Notes: generated from the letters alone by a model not told the origin. A DNA stretch of 64,000 nucleotides from Bacillota bacterium (GCA_030057655.1 JASGUQ010000040.1:1820-65819); one strand, 5' to 3'; shown: positions 20,052 through 29,226, counted from the first letter of the stretch. Program-made: numbers and translations.

Positions 20052-20682
20052 CTTTCACCTTTTGGCCGGTAAAGGGCTGCATGGTCTGACCTTCAGACTG
20101 GTTGATTCCCTCCCTGGCAAGGACGTTTTTGACAGTCATCCAGATGATCTTAAGGTCCAAAGAAAAGCTGAGATGATCCACATAGAAAACATCCAGCTTG
20201 AACTTTTCCTCCCAAGAGAGCGCGTTGCGGCCGTTGACCTGGGCCCAGCCGGAAATGCCCGGCCTGACCTCGTGCCGCCTTGACTGCTCCAAACTGTACA
20301 GCGGCAGGTAGGACATCAAAAGCGGACGCGGGCCGATGAAGGACATGTCACCCTTTAAGATGTTGAACAACTGGGGCAGCTCGTCAATGGACAGGGAACG
20401 CAGGATCCTGCCCAGGCGGGTCAAACGCTCCATGTCGCTCTTCTGCGGCTGTTCCGGCGGATTCTGCGGCAGCATGGAACGCAGTTTATACAGCATAAAT
20501 GGTTTGCCGTTTTTTCCAGGGCGTTTTTGGACGAAAAAAACAGAGCCGCCGGACTCCAATTTGATCAGCAGCATCGCAGGCAGCAGAACCAGGGCGGACG
20601 GGATCAGCAAAACAAGCGCGAAGAGGATGTCCAAAAGGCGCTTCACAAAGACCGCGTAGAAAGTTCTCTTTTTTACAGGCAT
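20044..20682 (-). CDS. small monotopic phosphoglycosyl transferase (PglC/WbaP-C-terminal type), the initiating enzyme
   Basis: RLLDILFALVLL re-entrant helix, KRPGKNGKPFMLYKLRSM, and DELPQLFNILKGDMSFIGPRP. Confidence 0.9.
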   Translation of the reverse strand: MPVKKRTFYAVFVKRLLDILFALVLLIPSALVLLPAMLLIKLESGGSVFFVQKRPGKNGKPFMLYKLRSMLPQNPPEQPQKSDMERLTRLGRILRSLSIDELPQLFNILKGDMSFIGPRPLLMSYLPLYSLEQSRRHEVRPGISGWAQVNGRNALSWEEKFKLDVFYVDHLSFSLDLKIIWMTVKNVLAREGINQSEGQTMQPFTGQKVKDA

Positions 20683-20716
20683 TTTTAACGCAGATTCCTA
20701 TTCAATATCGCTCAGA

Positions 20717-21853
20717 CTAAAAGCAGGACCGGATGATTTCAATAACGCGCTCCTGGGTTTCAGGCGTCATCTTGATGTCAGAAGGCAGGCAGAAACCGCG
20801 GCTGAACAGATCCGCGCCCACATCCTCTTCATTGGCTGTGAAGAAAGCGTTTTTCGCGTAATACGGCTGCAGGTGCATGGGCTTCCAGAGGGGGCGCCCC
20901 TCGATGTTGTGCTCGTTTAAGCGGTTTAAGACATCCATTGGGGTGACCTTGCAGCCCTGATTGATCAAAGCGCAGGACAGCCAGAAGTTGGGTTCGCTCT
21001 CCTTAAGATAGGGGTTCATGGACAGGGGCAAGCCCTGTAAACCAGAGAGATAGCGCAGATAGATCTCTTTCTTTAAGCGTTTGTGCTCATCCAGCCACAT
21101 CAATTGGCCCCGGCCGATGCCGGCGACCACATTGCTCATGCGGTAGTTGTAGCCAAGCTCGCTGTGCTGGTACCAAGGGGCAGGGTCGCGCGCCTGGGTG
21201 GACCAGAAGCGGGCTTTCCTGACAGCCTCTTCATCAGAGGACAGGAGCATGCCGCCGCCGGAAGTGGTGATGATCTTGTTGCCGTTAAAGCTGATGGCGG
21301 CGTGCACGCCAAAGCCGCCGGTCTGCTTGCCTTTATAGGTGGCGCCCAGGCTTTCGGCGGCGTCCTCCATGAGAGGAACATCATATTTTTCACACAGCGC
21401 GATGATCTCATCCAGTTTGGCTGGAGAACCGTATAAATGCGCCAGCATGACCGCCTTGGGCTTGCGCCTTTCATAGGAGTTTCCATCATAATATTTCAGC
21501 GCTTTTTCAAGGGCCAGGGGATCCATGTTCCAGCTGTCGCGCTCCGAATCAATGAACACCTGCGTGCCGTTTTCATAAGAGACGGGGTTGACGGTGGCCG
21601 CAAAGGTCAGGTCCGAGCAAAGCACGATGTCGTCCCTTGAAACCCCCGCCAGCCTTACGATCAAATGCAAGGCCGCCGTACCGGACACCAAAGCAAGGGA
21701 CGCCCTGACATCCAGATATTCGGCGACTTCCTTTTCAAATTGATCCACATTCGGGCCAAGCGGGGCGACCCAGTTGGTGTCAAACGCTTCCTGAATAAAA
21801 CGCATCTCATCCTGATGCATGGTCGGAGAGGAGAGGTAGACTCTTTCTTCCAC
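20717..21853 (-). CDS. DegT-family PLP aminotransferase, PglE-like (4-amino sugar)
   Basis: …RVYLSSPTMHQDEMRFIQEAFDTNWVAPLG… and SFNGNKIITTSGGGMLL. I prefer the GTG at 21853, which is preceded by GGAGG at 9 nt. The track ORF starts at a TTG at 21886. Confidence 0.85.
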   Translation of the reverse strand: MEERVYLSSPTMHQDEMRFIQEAFDTNWVAPLGPNVDQFEKEVAEYLDVRASLALVSGTAALHLIVRLAGVSRDDIVLCSDLTFAATVNPVSYENGTQVFIDSERDSWNMDPLALEKALKYYDGNSYERRKPKAVMLAHLYGSPAKLDEIIALCEKYDVPLMEDAAESLGATYKGKQTGGFGVHAAISFNGNKIITTSGGGMLLSSDEEAVRKARFWSTQARDPAPWYQHSELGYNYRMSNVVAGIGRGQLMWLDEHKRLKKEIYLRYLSGLQGLPLSMNPYLKESEPNFWLSCALINQGCKVTPMDVLNRLNEHNIEGRPLWKPMHLQPYYAKNAFFTANEEDVGADLFSRGFCLPSDIKMTPETQERVIEIIRSCF

Positions 21854-21941
21854 AGTGTTTGGCCTCCGGAACAGTGCTGCGGTCAATCACGGAGCAAAAT
21901 CGACCGGTCAAAAAACATGCAAACATCTTTTTGACCCTGTT

Positions 21942-21970
21942 ATTATAGCACGGCAGTTCGGATTTAACCA
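21942..21970 (-). promoter_or_regulatory. candidate extended -10 promoter for the polysaccharide operon
   Basis: The minus strand reads TGGTTA-N17-TATAAT, with TGc immediately 5' of the -10. It lies ~55 nt upstream of the first gene. Confidence 0.3.
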
Positions 21971-22048
21971 CCTTGATGGCAGCGGATGAAACACGGGAAA
22001 GATCCACGGGCAAAATTATACGATGACAAAATTATGCGGTGTTTCCAC

Positions 22049-22077
22049 TTGAATCCTTTTCCTATCTTTGCTATACT
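22049..22077 (+). promoter_or_regulatory. sigma-A type promoter (TTGAAT-N17-TATACT)
   Basis: The hexamers and the 17-nt spacer were read directly. It lies ~50 nt upstream of the ATG at 22126. Confidence 0.45.
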
Positions 22078-22125
22078 CCAACCACACAGGTATACTTTCC
22101 GGATTGTATGTATAGGAGGTACCAC

Positions 22126-23055
22126 ATGAAAAAAAGAATTTTATCCGTCCTGCTCGCCAGCCTGATGCTGGTTGGATTGCTCCCAATAATCAGCGTGCTG
22201 GCTGGCCCCCCCACCAATGTGGGCTGCACCACTTTGCAGCAGACCGTGTTTGTCGGCGATACCATCACCTGGACTGTCAGCGCGGACGTAACGCCTAAAG
22301 ACAATTACCAGACGCGCATTGATGTTGTGGTCAACGGCGTCACCGAGTTCAACGAACCCTTTAACGGCAAAAAAGGCCCAGCTCAGCATAGTCATGTGGC
22401 GATGATAGCAGGCAAAACTCAGGCCAAGGGCTATGCCCAGGATCTTGGCGACAACACCATAGCCAGTGTGCTGTCAGCTTCTGTTGATGTTAAACTGAAG
22501 CCCGGCCCCGTCGTTACCAGCGTGTCCTCCATCAACCATACCGCACTGACGGTCAAGTGGGCAGCCATTACGGGCGCTGCCGGTTACAAGATTTTTACCT
22601 CGGCCAATCCCGCCGGTCCCTACACCCTGAAGCGTTATGCCACCGGCACCAGCGCACCCATCAGTTTCTTAACGCCCGGTCAGCGTGTGTTCATCAAGGT
22701 ATCCGCTTACATCGAGTCCAACGGAACCAAGTATGACCTGACTGAGCAAGGCCCCTACAAAATCGGTGTTCCTGTCGGCACTGCTTCTATCACAAAGATT
22801 GAGAACTATGCTGCTGGTCGTGTTCGTCTGACTTGGAAGGTAGCTCCTGGAGCAACAGGTTATGAAGTATGGCGCAGCACCAGCCCGACAACCGGTTTCG
22901 TCCGTATCAGAAACGCGAACATCACATCGCATATTGATACCAACCTGGTTCGTGGCCGCTCCTATTACTATAAGATCATGCCTTATGCCCGTATATTTGC
23001 TGTTAACTATTATGGACAATGGAGTATGTTGAGAAGCATCAGGCTCACTAAATAA
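22126..23055 (+). CDS. secreted protein with fibronectin-type-III-like repeats
   Basis: AGGAGG RBS, signal peptide MKKRILSVLLASLMLVGLLPIISVLA, and two repeats of the type …LTVKWAAITGAAGYKIF… / …LTWKVAPGATGYEVWRS…YYYKI. The track ORF start at 22039 has no RBS. Confidence 0.75.
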   Translation: MKKRILSVLLASLMLVGLLPIISVLAGPPTNVGCTTLQQTVFVGDTITWTVSADVTPKDNYQTRIDVVVNGVTEFNEPFNGKKGPAQHSHVAMIAGKTQAKGYAQDLGDNTIASVLSASVDVKLKPGPVVTSVSSINHTALTVKWAAITGAAGYKIFTSANPAGPYTLKRYATGTSAPISFLTPGQRVFIKVSAYIESNGTKYDLTEQGPYKIGVPVGTASITKIENYAAGRVRLTWKVAPGATGYEVWRSTSPTTGFVRIRNANITSHIDTNLVRGRSYYYKIMPYARIFAVNYYGQWSMLRSIRLTK

Positions 23056-23079
23056 AAATCAAACGATCACACACAACAT

Positions 23080-23110
23080 CCCCCGGTAATAACCCGGGGG
23101 GTGTTTTTTT
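23080..23110 (+). terminator. rho-independent terminator
   Basis: CCCCCGG-loop-CCGGGGG followed by GTGTTTTTTT. Confidence 0.7.
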
Positions 23111-23123
23111 CATCAAAAACATT

Positions 23124-23308
23124 CCTGGCGGGTTTTTAGTGTAATCTGTATGGGTGATGAACCATATTGAGCAAAGAGATCAAAAACCGCCAGGCAGCGG
23201 AGATCCTAAAAGGGGCAGGAAATGTCTGAAAATAGCAGATTCTCTTTACTCATGGCCTGCTCATTTTGTTATAATCAGGTTGCGTCCTAAACCGCAGCCT
23301 GGTTTTTT
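23124..23308 (+). promoter_or_regulatory. structured corA leader: a long-range helix plus a terminator-like hairpin
   Basis: CCTGGCGGGTTTTT (23124-23137) pairs with AAAAACCGCCAGG (23182-23194). The hairpin CAGGTTGCG-N8-CGCAGCCTG followed by GTTTTTT (23276-23308) ends ~17 nt (hand count) before the corA RBS. A TGtTATAAT element sits at 23267-23275. Confidence 0.3.
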
Positions 23309-23337
23309 GTGCGAAGTATCATGCCGGAGGTCAGTCT

Positions 23338-24285
23338 ATGCAGGAGCCTTTGTTTTATCATCTGAACAACGCCCACCTTGAAGAGGTGGCGGACGAGCAC
23401 GTTCATTCTGGGGATAACATCATCTGTTACCTGGATCAGGAGCAGCTGAAGACCTGGCAGGCTGCGCTTGGCATTGATGAGAATGTGCTGCTGGATCTGT
23501 CAAATGAAAAAGTGGTTTTTCGCTCAAGTCTGGACGTCTACGCGGACACCAGCGTCGGCTACATCAACATCATTAACGTGGATGACCTGGAAAGCGAGAT
23601 GGACCGCATCATGTTCATCATCAAGAGAAATTTGCTTTGCATGGTCAGCATTGAGGACAGGGACAACAGCGAGCGGCTGATGTTTCAAAAAATCATCGAA
23701 CAGGAAAAGCAGAAAACCAACCTGGCCAAGATTTTCTACCGCTATTTGGAGCGTTTGCTCAAGGGCGGCAACAGCAAGCTGGAAGTCATTGAGGACAAGC
23801 TGCTCTCGTTGGAGGACGAGGTGGTCCATGGCCGGGCGGACGAAGGGCTCAACAAGGTCATTTACAGATACCGCAGACAGTTGTCGCTTATCCGCAATTA
23901 TTACGAACAATTGGTGGACATCGCGGGCGAACTGGAGGAAAACGAAAACAATGTCTATGACAAAAAGGGAAGGGCCTATTTTCGCGTGCTCTGCGACAAG
24001 GGCGACCGGCTGGTGAGCGGCGTCCGTGCGCTTGATGAAAGCCTGACCAGCATCCGGGAAATGTTGGACGCCAGCCTGAACTACAACCTGAACAGCATCA
24101 TGAAAACATTTACCCTGATCACGGCGGTTTTCCTGCCCCTGACCCTCATCGTGGGGTGGTTTGGCATGAACTTCAAGCATATGCCAGAGTTGGAATGGCG
24201 CTATGCCTATCCCCTGCTGATCGTGGTCTGCGTTTTGATCGTTCTGGGTATTCTAATCTATTTTAAAAAAAGAAAATGGATGTAA
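23338..24285 (+). CDS. corA: CorA-family Mg2+/Co2+ transporter
   Basis: Two C-terminal TM helices with the signature WFGMNF, and a GGAGG RBS 7 nt upstream. Confidence 0.9.
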   Translation: MQEPLFYHLNNAHLEEVADEHVHSGDNIICYLDQEQLKTWQAALGIDENVLLDLSNEKVVFRSSLDVYADTSVGYINIINVDDLESEMDRIMFIIKRNLLCMVSIEDRDNSERLMFQKIIEQEKQKTNLAKIFYRYLERLLKGGNSKLEVIEDKLLSLEDEVVHGRADEGLNKVIYRYRRQLSLIRNYYEQLVDIAGELEENENNVYDKKGRAYFRVLCDKGDRLVSGVRALDESLTSIREMLDASLNYNLNSIMKTFTLITAVFLPLTLIVGWFGMNFKHMPELEWRYAYPLLIVVCVLIVLGILIYFKKRKWM

Positions 24286-24291
24286 ACTTTA

Positions 24292-27200
24292 TTAGTTTTC
24301 CAGCGCTTCCTGGGACTCCATCAACTGCAGGAGTCCCTCTATTTTTTTGATGCCTGCTGCAAGCGCTTCTTTCTCGTCTGATTTTGGCAGGTGAATCAAC
24401 AGGCTGGTCCGTTTTCCTGCTTGCAGGCTCATCCCGCGCCCGATCTTGCTTAAAGCCAGGTACAGTTTCACAGGATCCACAGCGTACTGGGGATGGAAGC
24501 GCAGCACCAGGGCATCCCTGTTAAACCTGACCTGGTCAACGCCCAGGGAGTTGGCCAGGGCGCGCAGACGCGCGATATGGATCAGGTTAATGACCGGCTC
24601 CTCCGGATCGCCGAAGCGGTCGATCAGGTCGCTAATCAGTTCCGCTTCATCCCCTGCGTTTCTGAGCATCGCGATGCGCTTGTAGATCTCAATCCGCTGC
24701 GTTTCGCCCGGCACATAGGTTTCAGGCAGAAAGGCGTTCACATTCAGGTCCACCCGGGTCTCAAGTTCGCTCTGTCTGATGCCGGACAAGTCGCCCTGGG
24801 CTTCCCGGATCGCTTCCTCGATCATTTTGACATACATGTCATAGCCGACAGCGGCGACCTGACCGGATTGCTCCGGGCCAAAGATGTTGCCCGCGCCCCT
24901 GATCTCAAGGTCACGCATCGCGATCCTGAATCCCGCGCCAAAGGCGGTGAATTCCTTGATGGCGGACAGGCGTTTTTCCGCGGTCTCGCTGATCGCCTTG
25001 TCCGCTTTGACGGTGAAAAAGGCGTAGGCCACCCGGCTGCTGCGCCCCACCCGCCCGCGCAACTGGTACAATTGCGACAGGCCGAAACGGTCCGCGTCAT
25101 ACACGATCAGCGTGTTCGCGTTCTGGATGTCAAGCCCGTTTTCAATGATGGTGCTGCACAGGAGGACATCGTGCTTGGCCTCATAAAACTCATGCATCAC
25201 GTCTTCCAGCAGCCGCTCCGGCATTTGACCGTGGGCGACCGCGATCTTCGCTTCCGGGATCAGCTGGCGCAGGTGGGCGGCCATGCGCTCAATGTCAGAA
25301 ACCCGGTTGTACAGGAAATACATCTGTCCGCCGCGGTTCATTTCCCGTGTCACCGCGTCCCGGATCAGGCCGTCCCGGTAATCCACCACGAAGGTGGACA
25401 CCGGAAAGCGCTCCTCCGGCGGCGTTTCCAGAATGCTCATGTCCCTTACGCCCACCATGCTCATGTGCAGCGTCCGGGGGATCGGGGTGGCGCTTAAGGT
25501 CAGGACATCCACGATGGTCTTGATGTTTTTGATCTGCTCCTTGTGCCGGACGCCAAAGCGCTGTTCCTCATCAATGATCAAAAGCCCCAGGTTTTTAAAA
25601 GCCACATCCTTGGAGAGCAAACGGTGGGTGCCCACCAGAATGTCCACCTTGCCTTCGCGGGCTTTCGCGATGGTTTGCCTGTTTTCCCCGGCGCTTCTGA
25701 AGCGGCTCACAAAATCGATGTTCACCGGAAACCCTGAGAAGCGTTTGGTCAGGGTGCGCACATGCTGTTGCACCAGGATGGTGGTGGGCGCGAGGAAGGC
25801 CACCTGCTTGCCGTTCATCACCGCGCGGAAGGCCGCGCGCATCGCGACCTCTGTCTTGCCGTAGCCCACATCCCCGCACAGCAGGCGATCCATGTTGTAG
25901 GGCCTTTCCATGTCTTCCAGCACTTCTTTGACCGCCTGATCCTGATCGGGTGTCAGCTCATGCTCAAACTGGTCATAAAACTGGCCCTCAAAGGGCTCAG
26001 AAGGCTCAAAGGCATAGCCCGGGGTGGACTGCCTTGCCGCGTACAGCTTCACCAGATCAAAAGCAAGCTGCTTGAGGCCTGACTTGACTTTGCTTTTTTG
26101 TCTGGACCAGGCATTGCTGCTCAGGTCGTTAAGCGCGGGCGCGGTGTCCGGGTTTCCGATGTATTTCTGCACCCGGTCAAACTGGTCCGCGGGCACGTAC
26201 AATTTGTCGCTGCCCCTGTACTGGATAAACAGGTAATCCCGCCAGACGCCCTCTGACTGCAGCCTGACCGTGCCCTGGTATATGCCGATGCCATGGTGGT
26301 CATGCACCACGTAATCGCCGATGGAAAGATCGGTAAACGCCTCGATCCGCTGGCCCGCGGTCTGGGTCTTTCTGGTTTTGGTGCGCGCAGCGCCAAACAG
26401 GTCATTGGGCGAAAGAACGACCAGGCCAGCCTCCTCGCAGATAAAGCCTTCTGAAAAACCGATGTCATACAGCCGCGCCTGTGCCTGGCGGGCGGTTTCC
26501 TCCCTGGTCGCGGCGCTGATGCCCTGAGATGCCAGCGCCGCTGCAAGGCGGTCGCTTCTGGATTCGCCGCCGGTCAGCATCAGGATCTGGTAGTTCTTCT
26601 CCTGCCAGTCCCTGATGTCCTCCGCCAGCGCCTGGACGCGCCCCCTGTAGCTCTCCGGCCGTTTCCCGGTCAGCTGCAGGGCCTTTTCAGGGGCCAATCC
26701 GCCCATGCCAAGCAGCAGCTCCATCACGGTCAGAAGCTTGCCTTGTTTTAGCTTTTTCTCAACTTCCTCCCTGGTAAAAAGGAGAGAAGCCTGCTTCGCG
26801 TGCGCCATGCCGTTTTCAAGCGCGCTCCTGTACAGCTCCAAAAAGCCCTGCACATGATCGTCCATCCGCTGCATCGCACGTTCCGACGTGTCCACAAGCA
26901 GAACCGCTTCCGGCAGCCAGTCCAGCAGCGAGGCATCTTCCGGAAACAGCAAATGGGACCACAGCTCCGCGTCCTCCACCGTGCCTGATTCCAAAAGATC
27001 CTCTTCCCGCGGCAGTATGGGCCCGTCCAGCCAGGTATCTTTGAAACCTTCATCGGCGTCCGTCTGAAGCGCCTCTCTTAATCTAAAGGCGGCTTCCTGA
27101 CGGTGGTTTTCCGGCACCAGGAATTCGTTGGCGGCGGGGATGAGCACGCTGTCCATTTTATTCTGGCTGCGCTGGGTCAGGGGGTCAAAGCTGCGGATGC

Positions 27201-27795
27201 TGTCGATCTCCACATCAAAGAACTCCACCCGCGCAGGGGCGTCCAGCGTGGGCGGATAGATGTCCAGTATGTCGCCGCGCAGCGCAAACTGCCCCCTGCC
27301 CTCCACCAGATCCACACGCTCATATCCGATTGAAACAAGGGACTTGGCCACCTCGCCCGGCTCGTTATGATCACCCGGGCTTAATTTTATCAGCGTCTCG
27401 TTATACCAGGTTTTTGGCATCAGGCGCTGCTGCAGCGCCTCAACAGAGCAGATGATCAACCGGGCTTCACCCGAAGCGATGCTGTGAAGCGTGGTGATGC
27501 GCTGCCAGTCCGTCTCCCGGCTGCGCACCGCTGACAGGAAGCGCAGTTCGCTGGCCTGCAAAAAAACAGCCTGTCCGGGCATCAGGACAGCCGCGTCATC
27601 CATCGCGACCCTCGCGGCGCGCTCATTGGGCAGGATGTAGATCACCTGCCGGGTTTCAGACAGGGCAGCAGCGAACATCAGGCGCTGGCCGGGCGTCATG
27701 TCATATAGCGCGCCAACCCGCTTTTGTTCAAGCAGGTTCAGCGCTTCGGCCGCGGCCTTTGTTTCAAGAAGCCGCCCTGTCGGGCCTTTATTCAT
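24292..27795 (-). CDS. mfd: transcription-repair coupling factor
   Basis: 1167 aa. Contains a CarD/TRCF domain (…DYVVHDHHGIGIY…), an SF2 helicase domain (GDVGYGKTEVAMRAAF, DEEQRFGV), and a TRG/D7 region. Confidence 0.97.
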   Translation of the reverse strand: MNKGPTGRLLETKAAAEALNLLEQKRVGALYDMTPGQRLMFAAALSETRQVIYILPNERAARVAMDDAAVLMPGQAVFLQASELRFLSAVRSRETDWQRITTLHSIASGEARLIICSVEALQQRLMPKTWYNETLIKLSPGDHNEPGEVAKSLVSIGYERVDLVEGRGQFALRGDILDIYPPTLDAPARVEFFDVEIDSIRSFDPLTQRSQNKMDSVLIPAANEFLVPENHRQEAAFRLREALQTDADEGFKDTWLDGPILPREEDLLESGTVEDAELWSHLLFPEDASLLDWLPEAVLLVDTSERAMQRMDDHVQGFLELYRSALENGMAHAKQASLLFTREEVEKKLKQGKLLTVMELLLGMGGLAPEKALQLTGKRPESYRGRVQALAEDIRDWQEKNYQILMLTGGESRSDRLAAALASQGISAATREETARQAQARLYDIGFSEGFICEEAGLVVLSPNDLFGAARTKTRKTQTAGQRIEAFTDLSIGDYVVHDHHGIGIYQGTVRLQSEGVWRDYLFIQYRGSDKLYVPADQFDRVQKYIGNPDTAPALNDLSSNAWSRQKSKVKSGLKQLAFDLVKLYAARQSTPGYAFEPSEPFEGQFYDQFEHELTPDQDQAVKEVLEDMERPYNMDRLLCGDVGYGKTEVAMRAAFRAVMNGKQVAFLAPTTILVQQHVRTLTKRFSGFPVNIDFVSRFRSAGENRQTIAKAREGKVDILVGTHRLLSKDVAFKNLGLLIIDEEQRFGVRHKEQIKNIKTIVDVLTLSATPIPRTLHMSMVGVRDMSILETPPEERFPVSTFVVDYRDGLIRDAVTREMNRGGQMYFLYNRVSDIERMAAHLRQLIPEAKIAVAHGQMPERLLEDVMHEFYEAKHDVLLCSTIIENGLDIQNANTLIVYDADRFGLSQLYQLRGRVGRSSRVAYAFFTVKADKAISETAEKRLSAIKEFTAFGAGFRIAMRDLEIRGAGNIFGPEQSGQVAAVGYDMYVKMIEEAIREAQGDLSGIRQSELETRVDLNVNAFLPETYVPGETQRIEIYKRIAMLRNAGDEAELISDLIDRFGDPEEPVINLIHIARLRALANSLGVDQVRFNRDALVLRFHPQYAVDPVKLYLALSKIGRGMSLQAGKRTSLLIHLPKSDEKEALAAGIKKIEGLLQLMESQEALEN
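24312..24348 (+). terminator. likely corA terminator embedded in the 3' end of the convergent mfd gene
   Basis: GGGACTCC-N10-GGAGTCCC followed by TCTATTTTTTT. The corA and mfd stops are only ~6 nt apart. Confidence 0.5.
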
Positions 27796-28402
27796 CCTTT
27801 TCCTCAGGCAAGGCCGCGGAAGTCTTTTCCCGGCTTTTGGTGTTGTACAGGTTCATGGTTTTCTCAATGCCGTTTTCAAGGAAGCAGACCCCGGCTTTGG
27901 CTGCCAGAGTGATCGCCTCCCGGATCTTATCTTTTTCCTCGCCTTTGTCCCAGCGGGACAGCACCCAGTCCTTTAGATCCCACGACGCCGGGGGAGCGCC
28001 AACGCCGATGCGCGCCCGGGGAAAGTTCTGGCTCGCGGCCATTTGGATGATGCTGCGCCAGCCGTTGTGCGTTCCAGCGCCCCCATGCATCCGGACACGC
28101 ATCGCGCCGGGCGGCAAGTCAATGTCGTCTGAAAACACCAGGATATCCTCCGGCTCCAGCTTGTACCAGTGCATCAGTTCAACCATGGCTTCCCCGGACA
28201 GGTTCATATAGGTGGCGGGCTTAAACAGCACCACGCGCTCGCCCTTGTACCGCCCTTCCGTCACCAGGCCTTTGAACTGCCGTTTGAAACCTGCCAAGCC
28301 CAGGAGTCTCGCGGCTTCGTCCAGCGCTAAAAACCCGACGTTGTGCCGGGTCAATTCATATTCAGGGCCTGGGTTTCCCAGGCCGACCAGGGCTTTCATC
28401 AC
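27788..28402 (-). CDS. pth: peptidyl-tRNA hydrolase
   Basis: LVGLGNPGPEYELTRHNVGF…GTHNG. It has a short acidic C-terminal extension and overlaps the mfd start by 8 nt. Confidence 0.95.
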   Translation of the reverse strand: MMKALVGLGNPGPEYELTRHNVGFLALDEAARLLGLAGFKRQFKGLVTEGRYKGERVVLFKPATYMNLSGEAMVELMHWYKLEPEDILVFSDDIDLPPGAMRVRMHGGAGTHNGWRSIIQMAASQNFPRARIGVGAPPASWDLKDWVLSRWDKGEEKDKIREAITLAAKAGVCFLENGIEKTMNLYNTKSREKTSAALPEEKDE

Positions 28403-29226
28403 TTATCTCCTTGCTCAAAAATCCATTTGGCGGGCTTTAACTTCATGGGTTCCTTCACGCCGTCGCCGGTGAAGGTGATCAGGGGCCATTCCGGCAGGTC
28501 TGAGAGCGGATTTTCCCGTTCCTTTGCCAGTACGAAGGAGAGGCCGACTACCTTGGTTTTAAACTCCTTCATCAGCTCGATCATGCCCAGGGCAGTTCCG
28601 CCGTTCCTGATAAAATCATCCACGATCAGCGCCCGCTGGCCTTCTGCGATCGCCCGGCGGCCAAGGGACATGGTCTCAATCCCGCCCTTGCCGTCGGGGA
28701 AGCTGATGTTGACCGCGCTGCCCTCATATACCCGGCTGGATCTTCTGGCGATCACCAGGGGGACGTTCAGGGCTTCCGCCGTCATCATGGCAACCGGGAT
28801 ACCTTTTGTTTCCATGGTCAAAACAAAGTCCACGCCCAGTTCATAGCAGGGCCTCGCGATGATGCAGGCCATTTTCCTGGTGATCTCCGGGTTGCTCAGC
28901 AGATCAGAGGAATACAGGAACCCGCCCGGCAGCGCCCGGTCCGGATCGTTTAATTTGTCCGCCAGCATGGAAAGCAGCTCCTGCGCTTCCTTCCAGGAGA
29001 TTAAGGGGCGGAAACGCACGCCGCCGGCAGCGCCGGTCACGGTGGTCACCTGACCCAAATCATATGTCGACAGCGCGTTTTGGATCAGCGCGATGTCCTC
29101 TGACACCGTGGACTTTGCAGCTTTAAACCGGTCACAAAAAACCTGGTAGGAAAGCACCTTGTTGGGATTGTCCACCAGCATTCTGGTCATCGCCGCCAGG
29201 CGTTCACTCCGCTTCACCTTGTCCAT
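28399..29226 (-). CDS. purR: pur operon repressor (PurR, winged-helix plus PRT domain)
   Basis: MDKVKRSERLAAMTRML… and the PRPP loop ALIVDDFIRNGGT. A GAGGTG RBS precedes the ATG at 29226. Confidence 0.9.
   Translation of the reverse strand: MDKVKRSERLAAMTRMLVDNPNKVLSYQVFCDRFKAAKSTVSEDIALIQNALSTYDLGQVTTVTGAAGGVRFRPLISWKEAQELLSMLADKLNDPDRALPGGFLYSSDLLSNPEITRKMACIIARPCYELGVDFVLTMETKGIPVAMMTAEALNVPLVIARRSSRVYEGSAVNISFPDGKGGIETMSLGRRAIAEGQRALIVDDFIRNGGTALGMIELMKEFKTKVVGLSFVLAKERENPLSDLPEWPLITFTGDGVKEPMKLKPAKWIFEQGDK

Noticed and set aside
23111-23337. M-box (ykoK) Mg2+ riboswitch upstream of corA
   Set aside because: This was expected from the context. However, I could not find the conserved M-box strings (GUUAGGUGAGGCU, GCUAAAGCUCUAC-like), so I do not call it an M-box. 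Only an unclassified structured leader is reported.
23154-23381. 75-aa ORF in the corA leader, running into corA
   Set aside because: It has no RBS and an odd composition, and it overlaps the corA start in another frame. The region is better explained as an untranslated leader.
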